IMG/VR virus record: IMGVR_UViG_3300036944_000939
Source: a virus
Length of the DNA: 29,046 nucleotides
Reading direction: 5' to 3' (one strand)
How positions within the stretch are numbered: position 1 is the stretch's first letter; every line of letters begins with the position of its first letter. Of this stretch, positions 24,829 through 29,046 are shown piece by piece. Made by a program: the position numbers and the translations under genes. The notes beneath the pieces are model-generated. The model was given only the letters and a program-made list of their open reading frames with translations, was not told the DNA's origin and did no database searches.

Positions 24829-25401
24829 ATGCGCTACTACAGCAAAACCACTGGTTGTACGTACCTATCCAATATTCACAGCGACGCTCTCCCTGCGGAC
24901 GCCATCCCTATCCCCGAAGACCACTACCTTGAAGTCATTGCCAATCCACCCACAGGCAAAATCCGCGCACACGACGAGAATGGTCTACCGATCCTGATCG
25001 ACCCACCGCAACTAACCTTGATCGAGCGGTGCGAACGCAGCCATGCCAGCCAGACCTCAACCATCAATCTGGCCTGTGAGGCGGCCATCACTGCCGGATT
25101 CCAGTCTGCGGCCCTGGGCGATCCCCACCAGTACAGCAGCCAGCTGGATGATCAGCTGAACCTGACCGGGGCAATCCTGCGCGGCCTCGACATGCCCTAC
25201 GCCTGCCGCGATGAACAGGGAGTGAAGGCCTTCCGGCTGCACACCGCCGCGCAGCTGCGCCAGGTGGGCGACGACTTCACCCTGTACAAGCTGCAGCTGC
25301 TGCAGCACGCCAACGAACTGAAACAGCAGCTGGATCTGGCGCTGGCAGCCGGTGACGCCGACGCCATGGCGCTGATCCGCTGGGAGGCCGCACAGTCGTG
25401 A
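24829..25401 (+). CDS. Tail fibre assembly/chaperone-like protein
   Basis: 190 aa, directly downstream of the fibre gene. Its 5' part shares the lower-GC codon usage of the fibre 3' end. Confidence 0.55.
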   Translation: MRYYSKTTGCTYLSNIHSDALPADAIPIPEDHYLEVIANPPTGKIRAHDENGLPILIDPPQLTLIERCERSHASQTSTINLACEAAITAGFQSAALGDPHQYSSQLDDQLNLTGAILRGLDMPYACRDEQGVKAFRLHTAAQLRQVGDDFTLYKLQLLQHANELKQQLDLALAAGDADAMALIRWEAAQS

Positions 25402-26321
25402 TCTGGGCACCCGTGACCATGCGCTGGCCCGAACAAGCCACCCAATGGATGGGCGAGCTATCGGCGGCCAAGGATCTGGCCGGCGGCGAGCTGGCCAGCA
25501 CCGCCACGCGCCTGGCCGGACTGAACGGCTTGGCCACCACCAACCCGGGGCCGGTCGGCGCTGCCGCCCAAAGCGCCATTGCCGCCGGCCGTGCGGCGCT
25601 GGCCGGGCAGCTGGGGGAAGCGCCCGCGTGCCTGGCGGTGACCCCATTCCAAAGCGGCATCGGCCAGGGGCGTGGTCACCAGCGCTTTCTGTCGGCACCC
25701 AACCTGCTGGCCCAGCTGGCCAGCAAACTGGTGGACAGTTCCGACGCAGGCCGCCCGCAGGGGCCACAGTACGCCCTGTCGCTGATGTTCCTGGCCACCC
25801 GCTTTGACCAACTGGCCGACACCCTGTCGCGCTTCAACGCCCTGTTGCCCGTGCCGGATCTGGTGCGCACCGAGCGCCGCGCCCGTCACCTGGCGAAGCT
25901 GGAGGCGGAAAAGTGGGAAATGCCGAGCGCAGGCACCTTGCCGCGCTGGGGTGCCTTGCCACTGGAGCGCTGCACCGTAACCAAAGCCGCGAAACAATCC
26001 ATGGCGGGCCAGTTGGCCGTGCTCGAGAGCTACGCCGCCGACAGCTCGCCACTGGCCGACCTGGCCGCGCTGGCCGGTCGCAAGGCGGCCCAGCAGCAAA
26101 GCCGTGATCAACAACTGGCGGATCTGCAGGCCCTGCTGGCCGGCGGCACCGCTGACAACAACATGCGCGCACGCCTGATCGGCCCCGGTGACCCGTTCGA
26201 GCTGCGCACCGCCTTGCTTGAGGGTGACGCCCCAGGCCATGAGTGGGTGCTGAGTGCCGGCGTGGTGCTGGTGGGCTCGCTGGATGGGCTGAGCTTTGTT
26301 CGTGAATTGGTGGGCCTATGA
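25398..26321 (+). CDS. Hypothetical protein in the tail module
   Basis: 307 aa, with GTGA coupling to the upstream gene. Ala/Leu/Gly-rich, with no motif recognised. Confidence 0.6.
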   Translation: MIWAPVTMRWPEQATQWMGELSAAKDLAGGELASTATRLAGLNGLATTNPGPVGAAAQSAIAAGRAALAGQLGEAPACLAVTPFQSGIGQGRGHQRFLSAPNLLAQLASKLVDSSDAGRPQGPQYALSLMFLATRFDQLADTLSRFNALLPVPDLVRTERRARHLAKLEAEKWEMPSAGTLPRWGALPLERCTVTKAAKQSMAGQLAVLESYAADSSPLADLAALAGRKAAQQQSRDQQLADLQALLAGGTADNNMRARLIGPGDPFELRTALLEGDAPGHEWVLSAGVVLVGSLDGLSFVRELVGL

Positions 26322-26869
26322 CCCTGCTACTGGATGGCCAGAAGGTGCGCGGCAAGGGGCTGAAAGTCTCTGCCAGCCTGCGCATCGAGTCCGACGATAT
26401 GTCGGGCCAAACCAGCAACACCGACGCGGCGCACAAGGGCTTCAAGCCCAAGGCGCTGACCGTTTCGCTGATGATCCCGTTTGTGGATGCCGCCGACCTG
26501 AAACAGCTGATGAGCATGGCCGAAGCGACCGCGAACGGTGGCCAGCGCCGCGTCTACCGCATCGTGAACGACACCGCCGCCACCTTTGGTGTGCGCCAGG
26601 TGGAATTCAGCGACAACCTGACCGCCCGCGAGGACGACAGCCTGGCCGCTTGGCGGGTGCAGTTCACCCTGACCGAAAAACTATCGACGGCCGAACGGGT
26701 GGAAACCCGCCGCCCGAGCAACCCGGTCAAGCAGCAGTCAGCGCCAGGACAACCCGTGGCCAGCGCCGCCGCACCGGCCGCCGGCAACGACACGGCCACC
26801 GCCGCGCAGCCGGCTGAGCTGACCGGCTTCGAGGCCGTACTGAAACGCTTGGACGAGTCGCTGGCATGA
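26318..26869 (+). CDS. Tail protein, possibly gpU-like (tube/baseplate adaptor)
   Basis: 183 aa with an ATGA overlap. It loosely resembles the P2 gpU pattern ending in WRVQFTLTE, and has an Ala/Pro-rich C-terminal tail. Confidence 0.45.
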   Translation: MTLLLDGQKVRGKGLKVSASLRIESDDMSGQTSNTDAAHKGFKPKALTVSLMIPFVDAADLKQLMSMAEATANGGQRRVYRIVNDTAATFGVRQVEFSDNLTAREDDSLAAWRVQFTLTEKLSTAERVETRRPSNPVKQQSAPGQPVASAAAPAAGNDTATAAQPAELTGFEAVLKRLDESLA

Positions 26870-27570
26870 AACTGCACAAGGTGTTGAGCATCGCCGGCAA
26901 GGTCTACCCGCTGGTGAAAGACGACGTGCGGCTGGATCTGCGCAGCCCAGGCCGGGCCAGCTTCACCATCAAGGCCGAAGCCCCAGTGCGTGGCCTGGTG
27001 GTGTTCGACCTCGGCTACAACGAACGCGCCCTGCAGCGGCACTTCATCGGGCACGTGGAGCGCTGCACCACGGCCAGCAGCCTGGAGCAGGTGCTGTTCT
27101 GCCGCGAACTGACCAGCGTGCTGGCACTGCCCCTGCCCATGAACCTGCGCCACGTGGACATGCGCCAGGTGCTGGGCGAGATCACCGCCCGCACCGGCCT
27201 GCGCTTCCGCGTGCCAGACAAGCCCTATGCAAAGGTGAAGGCCCCTTACTTCTACAGCCTGGCCACAGGCTTCCAAGCCATGGACAGCCTCGCCCAGGTG
27301 TTCGGGATCCCCGACTACATCTGGCAGCAGCAGGGTGATGGCGAGGTATTCGCCGGCAGCTGGGCCGACAGCTACTGGGGCGCACGAGAAACGCTGAACC
27401 TGCCGCAGGAATTGTTCGACAGCTATCAGGGCAACCAGAGCGCCACCGTGGCCGCCCTTCCCGGGCTGCGCCCAGGCGTATCAATCAACCAAGGCGAGCG
27501 CATCACGTCGGTGACGCTTGCCAGCACGCAGATGGCCATCCGATGGAAGACGCAATCCAGCGCACAGTAG
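26866..27570 (+). CDS. Baseplate hub-like protein (short gpD-like)
   Basis: 234 aa with an ATGA overlap. Its position before the spike gene and N-terminal pattern are reminiscent of gpD-type hub proteins. Confidence 0.45.
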   Translation: MKLHKVLSIAGKVYPLVKDDVRLDLRSPGRASFTIKAEAPVRGLVVFDLGYNERALQRHFIGHVERCTTASSLEQVLFCRELTSVLALPLPMNLRHVDMRQVLGEITARTGLRFRVPDKPYAKVKAPYFYSLATGFQAMDSLAQVFGIPDYIWQQQGDGEVFAGSWADSYWGARETLNLPQELFDSYQGNQSATVAALPGLRPGVSINQGERITSVTLASTQMAIRWKTQSSAQ

Positions 27571-28496
27571 AGCGCCGATTTCCCGAGCTGACCGGCGGTT
27601 ACCACCTCCCCCGCTTCGGGCGGGTGGTGGCCGTGCCTGACGCACCAGAGGCGCAAGGCCTGTGCGACGACTTCCGCCCGCGCTTCGCCGTGGACGTGGA
27701 AGTGCTGCTGCCAGACGGCGAGCCGGATCCGGCCCTGCCCATCCTGCAGAGCCTGCCCCTACCGGTGCCAGGTGGTGGCCAGGAAGCCGGCATGTTCGGC
27801 TTTCCCGAGGAAGGCACCACAGTGGTGGTGTGCTTCGCCTACGGCCTGCCCCATAAACCCTACATCGCGCAGATCCTGGCGCACGGGCTGAGCCTGCCCC
27901 GCGTGCCCAAGGGTGACCAGCTGTGGCAGCACAGCGAGGCCTGCCAGCAGCGTGTGGACGCCGACGGCAACTGGCTGCGCCAGACAGACGGGCGCATCCG
28001 CGATCAAGCCGTGGAGCGCCAGGTGGAGGCCCTGGACAACGCAGAGAGCTACCAGAGCAGCACCGTGGAAGTGGCCGACCATTCCACCGAGTCGGTGGGC
28101 GGCATCAAGAAAGTGGAAGCGCTGGGCGCACTCAAGCTGCTGTCGGGTGGATCAGCCAGCCTGGCCGCCGTGGACGATCTGCACCAAGCCACCGGGCGCG
28201 ACCTGAACCTAGTGGTGGGCCAGAAGCACAACGCCACGGTGGGCGGCGATATGCAGGAACGGATCGAGGGCATCCGGCGCAGCATTGCCCCGCAGACCTG
28301 GCTCGGATCCGAAGGCGTCAACGTGCTGCAGGTGGTGTGCGATCTGATCGACCTAGTGCAGGCCATGAACACCCAGCTTGCAGCCCACACGCACGTGCCA
28401 GGGCCAACCCCAAGCCCCACCGACGCGGCGCAGTTCAACGCCAAGGCCGCCCAGGCACTGCTGCTGGCGGGACAGCTGAAACCCATCACGCTCTAA
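27543..28496 (+). CDS. Baseplate central spike (gpV/VgrG-like)
   Basis: 317 aa. OB-fold-like FGRVVAV...GFPEEGTTVVVCFAYGLPHKPYI and apex motif AAHTHVPGPTPSP, comparable to the P2 gpV HTHKHPG. Confidence 0.8.
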   Translation: MEDAIQRTVERRFPELTGGYHLPRFGRVVAVPDAPEAQGLCDDFRPRFAVDVEVLLPDGEPDPALPILQSLPLPVPGGGQEAGMFGFPEEGTTVVVCFAYGLPHKPYIAQILAHGLSLPRVPKGDQLWQHSEACQQRVDADGNWLRQTDGRIRDQAVERQVEALDNAESYQSSTVEVADHSTESVGGIKKVEALGALKLLSGGSASLAAVDDLHQATGRDLNLVVGQKHNATVGGDMQERIEGIRRSIAPQTWLGSEGVNVLQVVCDLIDLVQAMNTQLAAHTHVPGPTPSPTDAAQFNAKAAQALLLAGQLKPITL

Positions 28497-28512
28497 CCCG
28501 CAGACGACCACC

Positions 28513-28538
28513 AAGCCCGCCCACTGGCGGGCTTTTTC
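28513..28538 (+). terminator. Rho-independent terminator of the late operon
   Basis: AAGCCCGCC / GGCGGGCTT stem followed by TTTTC. Confidence 0.75.
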
Positions 28539-28808
28539 ATGCCATCAAGATCCTGCCGAGCGCCGATATCGAGTCGCACGCGGCCGGCGGACGCTCGCCC
28601 CGGGAAAATTCCACTCGGCCAAGAAACCGAGGAAAGGAACGCACTTTTCCCCCTCCCGCCGACGGGCCTTGCGTGAATTTTTTGTGCAAACCTGGGTGGT
28701 GGTGAAAGAGGGGTTCGGGGCCAGCAGTGGCGCGGGCCTTGGCGGGTGATGGGTGTTTTCACGCTGTGAAAGGTTTGGCAAAGCCGTGAAAGCCAGTGAA
28801 GCCGAGAG

Positions 28809-28827
28809 CGTCCACATTACGTCCACA
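28809..28827 (+). promoter_or_regulatory. Two phased CGTCCACA repeats, candidate Int arm-type sites on the distal arm
   Basis: CGTCCACA at 28809-28816 and 28820-28827, 11 bp apart. Same motif and orientation as 122-140. Confidence 0.5.
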
Positions 28828-28919
28828 CCTGCCGGGAATACCTGCCGCGTGGCGCTGCATATATCCCTGAAAACATTGAAGGCTTCCAGTTTTCCCAATA
28901 GACTGGGCACCGCTTGGCG

Positions 28920-28966
28920 GACTTGTAATCAGTAGGTCCCGGGTTCGACTCCTGGTGCCGGCACCA
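28920..28966 (+). other. Second copy of the attP core / tRNA-Thr 3' fragment (same sequence, wrap-around)
   Basis: Same as 1-47. The upstream sequence 28891-28919 (TTTCCCA...) cannot pair with the acceptor 3' strand, so this is a fragment and not a tRNA gene. Confidence 0.75.
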
Positions 28967-29046
28967 CCTTTCAAAGCCCCGCAGTGCGGGGCTTTGTCGT
29001 TTCTAGGCCTTGGCCTTTTCGCTTTTCACATCCACCGCATCGTCCA
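28920..29046 (+). repeat. Right copy of exact 127-bp terminal direct repeat
   Basis: Identical to 1-127. It re-enters the integrase 3' end, so it is not host flank. Confidence 0.95.

Larger units (their letters stand above)
1..28919. mobile_element. Complete temperate phage genome unit (P2-like head and late control, contractile tail, integrase, primase-helicase)
   Basis: Full set of integration, immunity, replication, head, tail and lysis genes. The exact 127-bp wrap-around joins the right end to the left end. Confidence 0.85.

Noticed and set aside
28891-28966. Full-length tRNA-Thr gene
   Set aside because: Only positions from about 30 to 76 fit a tRNA. The would-be 5' acceptor strand (TTTCCCA) cannot pair with TGCCGGC, and the anticodon stem 5' strand mismatches. 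It is an attP fragment.
28753-28974. 60-71 aa ORFs on both strands near the right end
   Set aside because: They run through the arm repeats and the tRNA fragment. They have no SD and atypical composition.
1-29046. Apparent excess of GATC and GGATCC sites throughout, roughly one GATC per 60-80 bp in the stretches I sampled
   Set aside because: This is largely explained by codon usage: codons ending in G followed by the preferred Ile codon ATC, and Arg-Ile CGG ATC. I did not count sites exhaustively, so no claim about Dam-related selection is made.

Overview
The window is one complete circular, or circularly permuted, temperate phage genome of about 28.9 kb. Bases 28920-29046 exactly repeat bases 1-127, so the unique unit is 28,919 bp.

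Gene layout:
- Lysogeny module (1-1979): an attP carrying the 3' 47 nt of a tRNA-Thr(UGU); a leftward operon of two paralogous HTH repressors and a tyrosine integrase; a divergent operator region; and a Cox/AlpA-like HTH gene.
- Replication (1992-5020): a zinc-finger/TOPRIM/Walker-A primase-helicase followed by an iteron-type origin.
- Early accessory genes (5073-7002): seven small unknown genes ending at a strong terminator.
- Non-coding island (7047-7460): AT-rich and densely packed with repeats.
- P2-like late module: an Ogr/Delta zinc-finger activator, portal and large terminase on the minus strand. The plus strand carries scaffold, capsid, small terminase, head completion and a contractile tail set, with a lysis cassette embedded in the tail operon and a -1 frameshift tail chaperone.

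No recognisable defence system, CRISPR array or reverse transcriptase is present. The points most worth follow-up are the regulatory and architectural oddities: dual repressors with two operator geometries, the iteron origin, the AT-rich island with an antisense-facing promoter, a lysis cassette without a clear holin, a terminase ORF running into the portal gene, and several unknown proteins. All functional calls rest on motif recognition and gene order read from the sequence. No database search was run.
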